DNA of 64,000 nt from Amphiscolops sp. MND2022 (lineage: Eukaryota), in NCBI GenBank assembly GCA_964187785.1, contig OZ076409.1:70992001-71056000 (forward strand). The letters are read 5' to 3'. Of the stretch, positions 12,088 through 24,845 are shown piece after piece. Position 1 is the first letter of the stretch; each line of letters begins with the position of its first letter. The position numbers and the translations under genes are program-made. The notes below the pieces were generated by a model. That model saw only the letters and a program-made list of their open reading frames with translations. It was not told where the DNA came from and made no database searches.

Positions 12088-13358
12088 GTGCCGGGATTTT
12101 CTATTCGACAAGTTTGCGCGCCTTGGGGAGGGTCCCTTTGCGCGCTTTAAGATCCAGGTGTTTCCAACTCCTAAACGGGCATGTGATTTCGACGATCTCC
12201 TAAACTAGCCATACGATTTGGCTGAAATTTGGCACACGTACCCCCCTCGGCACGGTGAAGATGATTCCCTACTGACGTTTTTCCCGCTAAACATTTTTTG
12301 TTGACCAAAATAACGGTTTTTGGGGTAAATTTTTGAACTTTTTTTAAATTTCATCTTATATCTCGCCACGAGTACACGCTAGCGCTTCCAAACCTTGCTG
12401 ACGAAAGTTTGCAAACTGTCTCAGGAATGCTGTGTGAAATTTTCAGCTCAATCGGACTTAAACTCGAGGAGATATAGCGTTTTTCCGGAGCGGGGGGGTT
12501 TCATTTTTCTAACGGTCCAGCTTATCTTTGCCATTTTTTCGAAAATGCACTCGCCTAAAGGCCTCCCCTGGCCGGTTTTATTCCCAACAAAACCATTTGG
12601 CCCTAAATACGGAGTTTCAGCGTTCCAGCATTCCCGGGCGAAAAGTTGTGGGACTTAGAAAAGTTCAAAAATTTTCAAAAAAAATTTTTTCCGTTATTTG
12701 GGCCCTCAAAGTGGGGGAAAAGACCACCCAACCAGGAAAGCAAGTGAATGCATGTGGAAAGCCCTTGTTTAGACGAGAAAAATGCCGTTTAGAACGTCTT
12801 TTTATCTTAACTTGACATTGACTTTTGTCGTTTTGAAGGTGACCGTTAGATACGGAAAATTGATGTTTTGAGTATTTATCCCATCTGAAAGCCATTGAGA
12901 TACAACATGTTTTGCTCAAAACGTGTTTCATTGCAGTTTCGCTGTCCATTATCACCCTTTGGTGTCTTTTCACGTAATTTTCGTTTCTATAATAACAATT
13001 TTTTTGTGTATTTATTCATTTTTTTCTCATCAAATAACTTGAAACAGTTGAGTACATTCCATCTCCCTTCCCGGGGGAGATGAGAATGTACTCGCTAAAG
13101 GTCAGGAACTACGGACTATATCTTCCACAACACAAAAGGGATTGCAAATGGTTTCAGTTTGTCGCAGAAAACTTCTTTTTGCCCTCTGTGACTCGACAAA
13201 ATGAACGTTTCTTACTTACTTTGAAACTCAGCATACCACAACTCATCTCTAACGTCAGCGCCCCCCTACTTGCATCAACGCCCACCGTCCGTGGGCATGC
13301 CGAGGCATGCCCTTCGACGACGTATACCAAGATATACCTGGAGCGCGGTAGCCGCTAG
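12088..13358 (+). mobile_element. Short non-autonomous unit (1271 bp), head H3 + tail T3
   Basis: Head GTGCCGGGATTTTCTATTCG; tail GCTAAAGGTCAGGAAC...GAGCGCGGTAGCCGCTAG. Confidence 0.85.
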
Positions 13359-15903
13359 GTGGCCGGAAATTTTTTTTTTCATCAAAATCTTTGCCATTGG
13401 GGGAGGGGCCCCGGATGGCCAGTAGTACGGGATAGCTTCCTACCAAATCCAGGCGGAAAAAACGTGATTTTGGAAACTAGCCGTCAGAATTTGCTCAAAT
13501 TTTGCATACGGCTTCCTATAACAATCCTAAGAACTAATCCCTACTGGCATTTTGCCCGAAAAACGCAAAAAGTTGGTCAAAATCTTAGTTTTTTGGTCAA
13601 AAAATGGCGTTTTTTCGAAAAATTTTTTTTTCAGAGACAATTACTCGGAACTGGTTCACCTAGCGCAAAAACGCCTAGCTGATTTATTGTTGGGCACTTC
13701 ATGAGGAGTGTGTATACAAATTTTCGTCCAAATCGGATGAAAGTTGATTGAGAAATAACTGAAAATTTGAGGCATTTTTTTGGAAATTTTTGAAATCCCA
13801 GTCTATCTCTGCCGTTTTTTGCCCAGATTTTTTTCCAGACACTCTCCTAAAGACCTCCCCTGGCCGGTTTACCTCCCAGCAAAACCATTTGGCCCTAAAT
13901 ACGGAGTTTCAGCATTCCAGCAAACCCCGGGTAAAAAATAAATGACTTAGAAATTTTTCGAAAATTTTTCAAAATTTTTTTTTTCAAATTCAGGCCTCCT
14001 AAAGTCAAGAAACTTCCACACAACTAGGATTGCAAGTGATAGCATGTGGAAAGTGCTTGAATAGACGAGAAAAATGAGCTATTATACGACTCTGTAGCTT
14101 AACCTGACGTTGACTTATGATAGTTTTAGTGTGAACTTCGTATGTGCTGAAAAAATCAAAGAAACCTAAAAGTCTTTTAAAAGTAATCAGAATACGTCCA
14201 ATGAACCACAGAGCTGTTAAATTGCCGTTGTGCAGTGGAGCAACACCATTTAGAGTGTTTTGACCCATTTTGATAAGTTTTGATACCGTCTTGTTCATCT
14301 GATAGCACAAAACAGTTGAGTACATTCCATCTCCCCCCTTGTGGGGGAGATGAGAATGTACTCGCTAAAAGTCAGGTACTATAGCACCCATTTTGTTTTA
14401 TTCGACGCTAGTGATGCTATTGCACACGAATACAATAGTTTTGTCAAATAATGTTTAAGATGATGAATCTTACTATACCTTTAGTGTACGTTAACCTACT
14501 ACTACAACATCGCATCCGTAACGTCAACGCCACATACTCGCATCAACGCCCACCGTCCGTGGGCATGCCGAGGCATGCCCTTCGACGACGTATGCCAAAT
14601 AGCGCCACAGGGCGCAAACTTGTCCGCTAGGTGGCCGGAAATTTTTTTTTTTTCAGCAAAATCTTTGCCATTGGGGGAGGGGCCCCGGATGGCCAGTAGT
14701 ACGGGATAGCTTCCTACCAAATCCAGGCGGAAAAAACGTGATTTTGGAAACTAGCCGTCAGAATTTGCTCAAATTTTGCATACGGCTTCCTATAACAATC
14801 CTAAGAACTAATCCCTACTGGCATTTTGCCCAAAAAACGCAAAAAGTTGGTCAAAATCTTAGTTTTTTGGTCAAAAAATGGCGTTTTTTCGAAAAAATTT
14901 TTTTTCAGAGACAATTACTCGTAACTGGTTCACCCAGCGCAAAAACGCCTAGCTGATTTATTGTTGGGCACTTCATGAATGGTGCGTATACAAATTTTCG
15001 TCCAAATCGGATAAAAGTTGATTGAGAAATAATTGAAAATTTGAGGCATTTTTTTGGAAATTTTTGAAATCCCAGTCTATCTCTGCCGTTTTTTGCCCAG
15101 ATTTTTTTCCAGACACTCTCCTAAAGACCTCCCCTGGCCGGTTTACCTCCCAGCAAAACCATTTGCCCCTAAATACGAAGTTTCAGCGTTCTAGCATTCC
15201 CGGGCGAAAAGTTGTGGGACTTAGAATAAATTTTTCGAAACGCAAAATGTGTAAAGTCAACTTCAGGCCTCCCAAAGTCAAGGAACTTCCACACAACTAG
15301 GATTGCAAGTGGATGCATGTGGAAAGTGCTTGAATAGACGAGAAACATTAGCTATTATACGACTCTGTAGCTAAACCTGACGTTGACTTATGATAATTTT
15401 AGTGTGAGCTTCGTATGTGCTTAAAAAATCAGAAAAACCTAAAAGTCTTTTTAAGGTAATCAGGATACGACCAATCAACCCCGGAGCTGTTATATTGCCG
15501 TTGTGTAGTAGAACAACACCATTTAGAGTGTTTTGACCCATTTTGACAAGTTTTGATACAGTCTTGTTCATCCAATAGCACAAAACAGTTGAGTACATTC
15601 CGTCTCCCCCCTTGTGGGGGAGATGAGAATGTACTCGCTAAAAGTCAGGTACTATAGCGCCCATTTTGTTTTTTTTTCGACGCTAGTGATGCCATTGCAC
15701 ACGAATACAATAGTTTTGTCGAATCATGTTTGACATGATGAATCTTACTTTACCTTTAGTTTACGTTTACTTTACTACTACATCGCAGCCCTAACGTCAA
15801 CGCCACATACTCGCATCAACGCCCACCGTCCGTGGGCATGCCGAGGCATGCCCTTCGACGACGTATGCCAAATAGCGCCACAGGGCGCAAACATTCCCGC
15901 TAG
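13359..15903 (+). mobile_element. Two short units (1272, 1273 bp), head H4 + tail T4
   Basis: Head GTGGCCGGAAATTTT; internal junction CTAG at 14627-14630. Confidence 0.85.
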
Positions 15904-18900
15904 GTGGCCGTGTCTTTTCGACGTGCTTTTGCATTGAGGAGTGGGTAGGGCCCCGCGACGACCTAGAAGAATTGGATGCTCACCGAAACGTGCAGAATTC
16001 TACGAGATCTCATAGTTTGAGCCATACGATTTTTCTGAAATTTGGCATGTGGCCTGGAATTGGTGAGTAGGTAAAACGTGTAGGAGGTGATTTTTCCCAA
16101 ATTCCACTGTGAGACGAGATATGGGCAAATAACGGTCCCAAAAATGGCAAAAATCCACTTTTTTCAACTTTGTCAGCCCATATCTCGTTCCCAGGTGCCC
16201 GGAGCGGGACGCGTTAAGCTGATTATAAACTCTAGGGTGTTGAGGCTGTACGGAGAAGTCAGGCCCGTTCCGATCGGACTTGTAGTCTTGGAGAAATAAC
16301 GGTATTTTTGGGGAACCTTTTCTAACGGTCCAGCTTATCTTTGCCATTTTTTCGAAAATGTACTCGCCTAAAGGCCTCCCCCTGGCCGAATTTACTCCCA
16401 GCAAAACCATTTGGCCCTAAATACGGAGTTTCAGCGTTCCAGCATTCCCGGGCGAAAAGTTGTGGGACTTGGAAAATTTTCAAAAATTTTCAAAAAATTT
16501 TTTTTTCGTTTTCCGGGCCCCCAATGAAGGGGAAACGACCCCCCAACCAGTAATTTGAGTGAATTCATGTCAAAAGCCCTTGTTTTGACGAGAAAAATAC
16601 CGTTTAGAACATCTTTTTATCTTGACTCAACGTTGACTTATGACGTTTTGAATGTGATGTAAGGATGTAGGAGGCATGTGAAAAGTTGATGTTTTGAGTC
16701 TTTATCTCATTTGAAAGCGGTTGAGATGCAAGCTGTCCTGCTCAAAACGTCTTTCGTTGTAATTTTCCAGTGCACCAATACCCTTTGGTGTCATATAATT
16801 ATACTTTTCGTCGATATATTAACAATTTTAATGTTTTTATTCCAATTTTTATTATCTTATAACTCAAAACAGTTGAGTACATTTCATCTCCCTTTCGGGG
16901 GAGATGAGAATGTACTCGCTAAAGACCTAGCGCCATGACCAAAAGTTTGAAACCCGCGTTTTTTATCTTCTTACAGACTTGTTTTTGTATTTTTTCAGAA
17001 TTTTTTAAAAATTAATATACTTGAAATACATTACTTGACTTTACTACTACATTCCACCTCCAACGTCAACGCCCCCCTGCTTGCATCAACGCCCACCGTC
17101 CGTGGGCATGCCGAGGCATGCCCTTCGACGACGTATGCCAAATGCCCAGTGCCACGCAGTCATTATCGCTAGGTGGCCGTGTCTTTTCGACGTGCTTTTG
17201 CATTGAGGAGTGGGTAGGGCCCCGCGACGACCTAGAAGAATTGGATGCTCACCGAAACGTGCAGAATTCTACGAGATCTCATAGTTTGAGCCATACGATT
17301 TTTCTGAAATTTGGCATGTGGCCTGGAATTGGTGAGTAGGTAAAACGTGTAGAAGGTAATTTTTCCCAAATTCCACTGTGAGAGGAGATATGGGCAAATA
17401 ACGGACCCAAAAATGGCAAAAATGCACATTTTTCAACTTTGTCAGCCAATATCTCTTTCCCAGGTGCCCGTAGCGTTCCGCACGTGGACATCAATATTGC
17501 TCAGCGCTGTTGGAGGAGTGCGTGGACAAATTTTGGTTTAAATCGGACTTAAACTTGACGAGAAATTAACGGTTTTTTGGGCGTTTCCGGGGTAAATTTT
17601 TTAACGGTCCAGCTTATCTTTGCCATTTTTTCGAAAATGTACATGCCTAAAGGCCTCCCCCTGGCCGAATTTACTCCCAGCAAACCCATTTGGCCCTAAA
17701 TACGGAGTTTCAGCGTTCCAGCATTCCGGGGCGGAAAGTTGTGGGACTTGGAAAAATTTCAAAATTTTTTCAAAAATTTTTTTTCCCGTTTTCCGGGCCC
17801 CCAATGAAGGGGAACGACCCCCCAACCAGTATTTTGAGTGAATTCATGTGGAACGCCCATGTTTGGAGGAGAAAAATGCCGTTTAGCACATCTTTTTATC
17901 TTAACTTGACATTGACTTATGACGTTTTGAATGTGATGTTAGGATATATGAAGCATGTTAAAAGTTGAAGTTTTGAGTCTTTATCTCATCGGAAAACCAT
18001 TGAGATACAAGCAGTTTTGCTAAAAACGATTTTCATTGTAGGTTAGCAGAGTATTAGTACACTTTGATGTCATTTGAGTATTTTTTCTTCTATATAATAA
18101 CTGTTTTTATGTATTTATTCCAATTTATCTCATCTTTTAACATCAAGCAGTTGAGTACATTTCATCTCCCTTTCGGGGGAGATGAGAATGTACTCGCTAA
18201 AAACCTAATGCTATGGCGCCAATGTTTGGATGGGAAGTTTTCTATGCTTTGAAAAAAGTTATTTTTAATTACTTGATTTTTTAAAACAATAATTAACATG
18301 AAGTACATTACTTGCTCCTACTACTACCACCATACATCTCTAACGTCAACGCCCCCTGCTTGCATCAACGCCCCATCGTCCGTGGGCATGCCGAGGCATG
18401 CCCTTCGACGACGTATGCCAAATGCCCAGTGCCACGCAGTCTTTCCCCGCTAGGTGGCCGTGTCTTTTCGACGTGCTTTTGCATTGAGGAGTGGGTAGGG
18501 CCCCGCGACGACCTAGAAGAATTGGATGCTCACCGAAACGTGCAGAATTCTACGAGATCTCATAGTTTGAGCCATACGATTTTGCTGAAATTTGGCATGT
18601 GGCCTGGAATTGGTGAGTAGGTAAAACGTGTAGGAGGTGATTTTTCCCAAATTCCACTGTGAGACGAGATATGGGCAAATAACGGTCCCAAAAATGGCAA
18701 AAATGCACTTTTTTCAACTTTGTCAGCCCATATCTCGTTCCCAGGTGCCCGGAGCGGGACGCGTTAAGCTGATTATAAACTCTAGGGTGTTGAGGCTGTA
18801 CGGGGAAGTCAGGCCCGTTCCGATCGGACCTGTAGTCTTGGAGAAATAACGGTATTTTTGGGGAACCTTTTCTAACGGTCCAGCTTATCTTTGCCATTTT

Positions 18901-21006
18901 TTCGAAAATGTACTCGCCTAAAGGCCTCCCCCTGGCCGAATTTACTCCCAGCAAAACCATTTGGCCCTAAATACGGAGTTTCAGCGTTCCAGCATTCCCG
19001 GGCGAAAAGTTGTGGGACTTGGAAAATTTTCAAAAATTTTCAAAAATTTTTTTTTTCGTTTTCCGGGCCCCCAATGAAGGGGAAACGACCCCCCAACCAG
19101 TATTTTGAGTGAATTCATGTGGAAAGCCCTTGTTTTGACGAGAAAAATACCGTTTAGAACATCTTTTTATCTTGACTCAACGTTGACTTATGACGTTTTG
19201 AATGTGATGTAAGGATGTAGGAGGCATGTGATAAGTTGATGTTTTGAGCCTTATCTCATATGAAAGCGGTTGAGATGCAAGCTGTCCTGCTCAAAACGTC
19301 TTTCGTTGTAATTTTGCAGTGCAACAATACCCTTTGGTGTCATATAAACATACTTTTTGTCGATATATTAACAATTTTAATGTATTTATTCCAATTTTTA
19401 TTATCTTATAACTCAAAACAGTTGAGTACATTTCATCTCCCTTTCGGGGGAGATGAGAATGTACTCGCTAAAGACCTAGCGCCATGACCAAAAGTTTGAA
19501 ACCCACGTTTTTTATCTTCTTACAGACTTGTTTTTGTATTTTTTCGGAATTTTTTAAAAATTAATATACTTGAAATACATTACTTGACTTTACTACTACA
19601 ACCCACCTCCAACGACAACGCCCCCCTGCTTGCATCAACGCCCACCGTCCGTGGGCATGCCGAGGCATGCCCTTCGACGACGTATGCCAAATGCCCAGTG
19701 CCACGCAGTCATTATCGCTAGGTGGCCGTGTCTTTTCGACGTGCTTTTGCATTGAGGAGTGGGTAGGGCCCCGCGACGACCTAGAAGAATTGGATGCTCA
19801 CCGAAACGTGCAGAATTCTACGAGATCTCATAGTTTGAGCCATACGATTTTTCTGAAATTTGGCATGTGGCCTGGAATTGGTGAGTAGGTAAAACGTGTA
19901 GAAGGTAATTTTTCCCAAATTCCACTGTGAGAGGAGATATGGGCAAATAACGGACCCAAAAATGGCAAAAATGCACATTTTTCAACTTTGTCAGCCAATA
20001 TCTCTTTTCCAGGTGCCCGTAGCGTTCCGCACGTGGACATCAATATTGCTCAGCGCTGTTGGAGGAGTGCGTGGACAAATTTTGGTTTAAATCGGACTTA
20101 AACGTGACGAGAAATTAACGGTTTTTTGGGCGTTTCCGGGGTAAATTTTTTAACGGTCCAGCTTATCTTTGCCATTTTTTCGAAAATGTACATGCCTAAA
20201 GGCCTCCCCCTGGCCGAATTTACTCCCAGCAAACCCATTTGGCCCTAAATACGGAGTTTCAGCGTTCCAGCATTCCGGGGCGGAAAGTTGTGGGACTTGG
20301 AAAAATTTCAAAATTTTTTCAAAAATTTTTTTTCCCGTTTTCCGGGCCCCCAATGAAGGGGAACGACCCCCCAACCAGTATTTTGAGTGAATTCATGTGG
20401 AACGCCCATGTTTGGAGGAGAAAAATGCCGTTTAGAACATCTTTTTATCTTAACTTGACATTGACTTATGACGTTTTGAATGTGATGTTAGGATATATGA
20501 AGCATGTTAAAAGTTGAAGTTTTGAGTCTTTATCTCATCGGAAAACCATTGAGATACAAGCAGTTTTGCTAAAAACGATTTTCATTGTAGGTTAGCAGAG
20601 TATTAGTACACTTTGATGTCATTTGAGTATTTTTTTCTTCTATATAATAACTGTTTTTATGTATTTATTCCAATTTATCTCATCTTTTAACATCAAGCAG
20701 TTGAGTACATTTCATCTCCCTTTCGGGGGATATGAGAATGTACTCGCTAAAAACCTAATGCTATGGCGCCAATGTTTGGATGGGAAGTTTTCTATGCTTT
20801 GAAAAAAGTTATTTTTAATTACTTGATTTTTTAAAACAATAATTAACATGAAGTACATTACTTGCTCCTACTACTACTACCACCATACATCTCTAACGTC
20901 AACGCCCCCTGCTTGCATCAACGCCCCATCGTCCGTGGGCATGCCGAGGCATGCCCTTCGACGACGTATGCCAAATGCCCAGTGCCACGCAGTCTTTTCC
21001 CGCTAG
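15904..21006 (+). mobile_element. Four short units with head H5 and alternating tails T5/T1 (1269, 1281, 1268, 1285 bp); ~2.55-kb higher-order dimer x2
   Basis: Head GTGGCCGTGTCTTTTCGACG; junction CTAGs end at 17172, 18453, 19721, 21006. Confidence 0.85.
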
Positions 21007-24000
21007 GTGCCGGGATTTTCTATTCGACAAGTTTGCGCGCCTTGGGGAGGGTCCCTTTGCGCGCTTTAAGATCCAGGTGTTTCCAACTCCTAAACGGGCA
21101 TGTGATTTCGACGATCTCCTAAACTAGCCATACGATTTGGCTGAAATTTGGCACACGTACCCCCCTCGGCACGGTGAAGATGATTCCCTACAGACGTTTT
21201 TCCCGCTAAACATTTTTTGTTGACCAAAATAACGGTTTTTGGGGTAAAATTTTCAACTTTTTTTAAATTTCATCTTATATCTCGCCACGGGTACACGCTA
21301 GCGCTTCAAAACCTTGCTGACGAAAGCTTGCAAACTGTCTCAGGAATGCGGTGTGAAATTTTCAGCTCAATCAGACTTGAACTCAGGGAGATATAGCGTT
21401 TTTCCGGAGCGGGGGGGTTTCATTTTTCTAACGGTCCAGCTTATCTTTGCCATTTTTTCGAAAATGTACTCGCCTAAAGGCCTCCCCTGGCCAAATTTAC
21501 TCCCAGCAAAACCATTTGGCCCTAAATACGGAGTTTCAGCGTTCCAGCATTCCCGGGCGAAAAGTTGTGGGACTTAGAAAAATTTCAAAATTTTTCAAAT
21601 TTTTTTTTCCGTTTTCCGCCCTCCCCCCCGAGGGGAAAGACCAACCAACCAGTAATTTGAGTGAATGCGTGTGGAAAGCCCTTGTTTAGAGGAGAAAAAT
21701 GCCGTTTAGAACGTCTTTTTATCTTGGGTCAACGTTGACTTATGACGTTTTGAAGGTGATGTTTGGAGGTGTGAAGCACGTGAAAAGTAAACGTTATGAG
21801 TATTTATCTGATCTGAAAGCCATTGAGATGCAACCTGTTTTGCTCAAAACGTAATTCATTGCAGTTTGGCAATCAATCAACACCCTTTGTTGTCGTTTGA
21901 CATACTTTTTTGTTGTTATAATAAAAAATTTTGTGTATTTTTTCATTTTTTTCTCATCAAATAACTTGAAACAGTTGAGTACATTCCATCCCCCCTTCCG
22001 GGGGAGATGAGAATGTACTCGCAAAAAGCACCGAACTACGGCCCTTACCTTCCCGAGCTACGCAGTATAAGGATTACATATTGGTTCCGACATTTTCATA
22101 GAGTTATATCTTGGTAATCTGTCTGGATTTGCCGAAAAATCAGCACGTGCCTTTTAATACCAAGTTGCTCACAACGACAATTCTTTTATATCAACGCCCC
22201 CATATTTATCAACGCCCCCCGTCCGTGGGCATGCCGAGGCATGCCCTTCGACGACCCGCACCAAAATATGCGTTAGCGCGGTAGCGGCTAGGTGCCGGGA
22301 TTTCTATTCGATAAAGTATGTGGCGCGTGTGGGTAGGGTCCCTGGCGCGCTCTTGGGTATGGTGTTCACCAGCTAGGAAATAGGGGTCGATTTTTCGGGA
22401 TCTCCTAAACTAGCCACACGATTTGGCTGAAATTTGGCACACGTACCCCCCTCGGCACGGTGAAGATGATTTCCTACTGACGTTTTTCCCGCAAAATTTT
22501 TTTTGTTGTCCAAAATAACGGTTTTTGGGGTAAAATTTTGAATTTTTTTTAAATTTTATCTTATATCTCGCCACCGGTTCACGCTAGCGCTTCAAAACCC
22601 TGCTAAAGAAAGCTTGCAAACTGTCTCAGGAATGCGGTGTGAAATTTTCAGCTCAATCGGACTTGAACTCGGGGAGATATAGCGTTTTTCCGGAGCGGGG
22701 GGGTTTCATTTTTCTAACGGTCCAGCTTATCTTTGCCATTTTTTCGAAAATGCACTCGCCTAAAGGCCTCCCCTGGCCGGTTTTATTCCCAGCAAAACCA
22801 TTTGGCCCTAAATACGGAGTTTCAGCGTTCCAGCATTCCCGGGCGAAAAGTTGTGGGACTTAGAAAAGTTCAAAAATTTTCAAAATTTTTTTTTCTGTTT
22901 TCCGCCCTCCCCCCCTAGGGGAAAAGACCCCCCAACCAGTAATTTGAATGAATTCATGTGGAAAGGCCTTGTTTAGAGGAGAAAAATGCCGTTTAGAACG
23001 TCTTTTTATCTTGGCTCAACGTTGACTTATGACGTTTTGAAAGTGATGTTTGGAGGTTTAAAGCACGTGAATAGTAAACGTTATGAGTATTTATCTGATC
23101 TGAAAGCCATTGAGATGAATATGGTTTGCTCAAAACGTAATTCATGGTAGTTTGGCAATCAATCAACACCCTTTGTTGTCGTTTGACATACTTTTTTGTT
23201 GTTATAATAAAAAAATTTTGTGTATTTATTCATTTTTTCTCATCAAATAACTTGAAACAGTTGAGTACATTCCATCCCCCCCTTCCGGGGGAGATGAGAA
23301 TGTACTCGCAAAAAGCACCGAACTACGGCCCTTACCTTCCCGAGCTACGCAGTATAAGGATTACATATTGGTTCCGACATTTTCATAGAGTTAAATCTTG
23401 GTAATCTGTCTGGATATGCCGAAAAATCAGCACGTGCCTTTTAATACCAAGTTGCTCACAACGACAATTATTTTATATCAACGCCCCCATATTTATCAAC
23501 GCCCCCCGTCCGTGGGCATGCCGAGGCATGCCCTTCGACGACGTATACCAAGATATGCGTTAACGCGTTAGCCTAGGTGGCCGTGTCTTTTCGACGTGCT
23601 TTTGCATTGAGGAGTGGGTAGGGCCCCGCGACGACCTAGAAGAATTGGATGCTCACCGAAACGTGCAGAATTCTACGAGATCTCATAGTTTGAGCCATAC
23701 GATTTTTCTGAAATTTGGCATGTGGCCTGGAATTGGTGAGTAGGTAAAACGTGTAGGAGGTGATTTTTCCCAAATTCCACTGTGAGACGAGATATGGGCA
23801 AATAACGGTCCCAAAAATGGCAAAAATGCACTTTTTTCAACTTTGTCAGCCCATATCTCGTTCCCAGGTGCCCGGAGCGGGACGCGTTAAGCTGATTATA
23901 AACTCTAGGGTGTTGAGGCTGTACGGTGAACTTGGGCCCGTTCCGATCGGACTTGTAGTCTTGGAGAAATAACGGTATTTTTGGGGAACCTTTTCTAACG

Positions 24001-24845
24001 GTCCAGCTTATCTTTGCCATTTTTTCGAAAATGTACTCGCCTAAAGGCCTCCCCCTGGCCGAATTTACTCCCAGCAAAACCATTTGGCCCTAAATACGGA
24101 GTTTCAGCGTTCCAGCATTCCCGGGCGAAAAGTTCTGGGACTTGGAAAATTTTCAAAAATTTTCAAAATTTTTTTTTTTCGTTTTCCGGGCCCCCAATGA
24201 AGGGGAAACGACCCCCCAACCAGTATTTTGAGGTAATTCATGTGGAAAGCCCTTGTTTTGACGAGAAAAATACCGTTTAGAACATCTTTTTATCTTGACT
24301 CAACGTTGACTTATGACGTTTTGAATGTGATGTAAGGATGTAGGAGGCATGTGATAAGTTGATGTTTTGAGTCTTTATCTCATATGAAAGCGGTTGAGAT
24401 GCAAGCTGTCCTGCTCAAAACGTCTTTCGTTGTAATTTTCCAGTGCACCAATACCCTTTGGTGTCATATAAACATACTTTTTGTCGATATATTAACAATT
24501 TTAATGTATTTATTCCAATTTTTATTATCTTATAACTCAAAACAGTTGAGTACATTTCATCTCCCTTTCGGGGGAGATGAGAATGTACTCGCTAAAGACC
24601 TAGCGCCATGACCAAAAGTTTGAAACCCACGTTTTTTATCTTCTTACAGACTTGTTTTTGTATTTTTTCGGAATTTTTTAAAAATTAATATACTTGAAAT
24701 ACATTACTTGACTTTACTACTACAACCCACCTCCAACGACAACGCCCCCCTGCTTGCATCAACGCCCACCGTCCGTGGGCATGCCGAGGCATGCCCTTCG
24801 ACGACGTATGCCAAATGCCCAGTGCCACGCAGTCATTATCGCTAG
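21007..24845 (+). mobile_element. Three short units (1285, 1285, 1269 bp): H3+T2, H3-variant+T2, H5+T5
   Basis: Junction CTAGs end at 22291, 23576, 24845. Confidence 0.85.
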
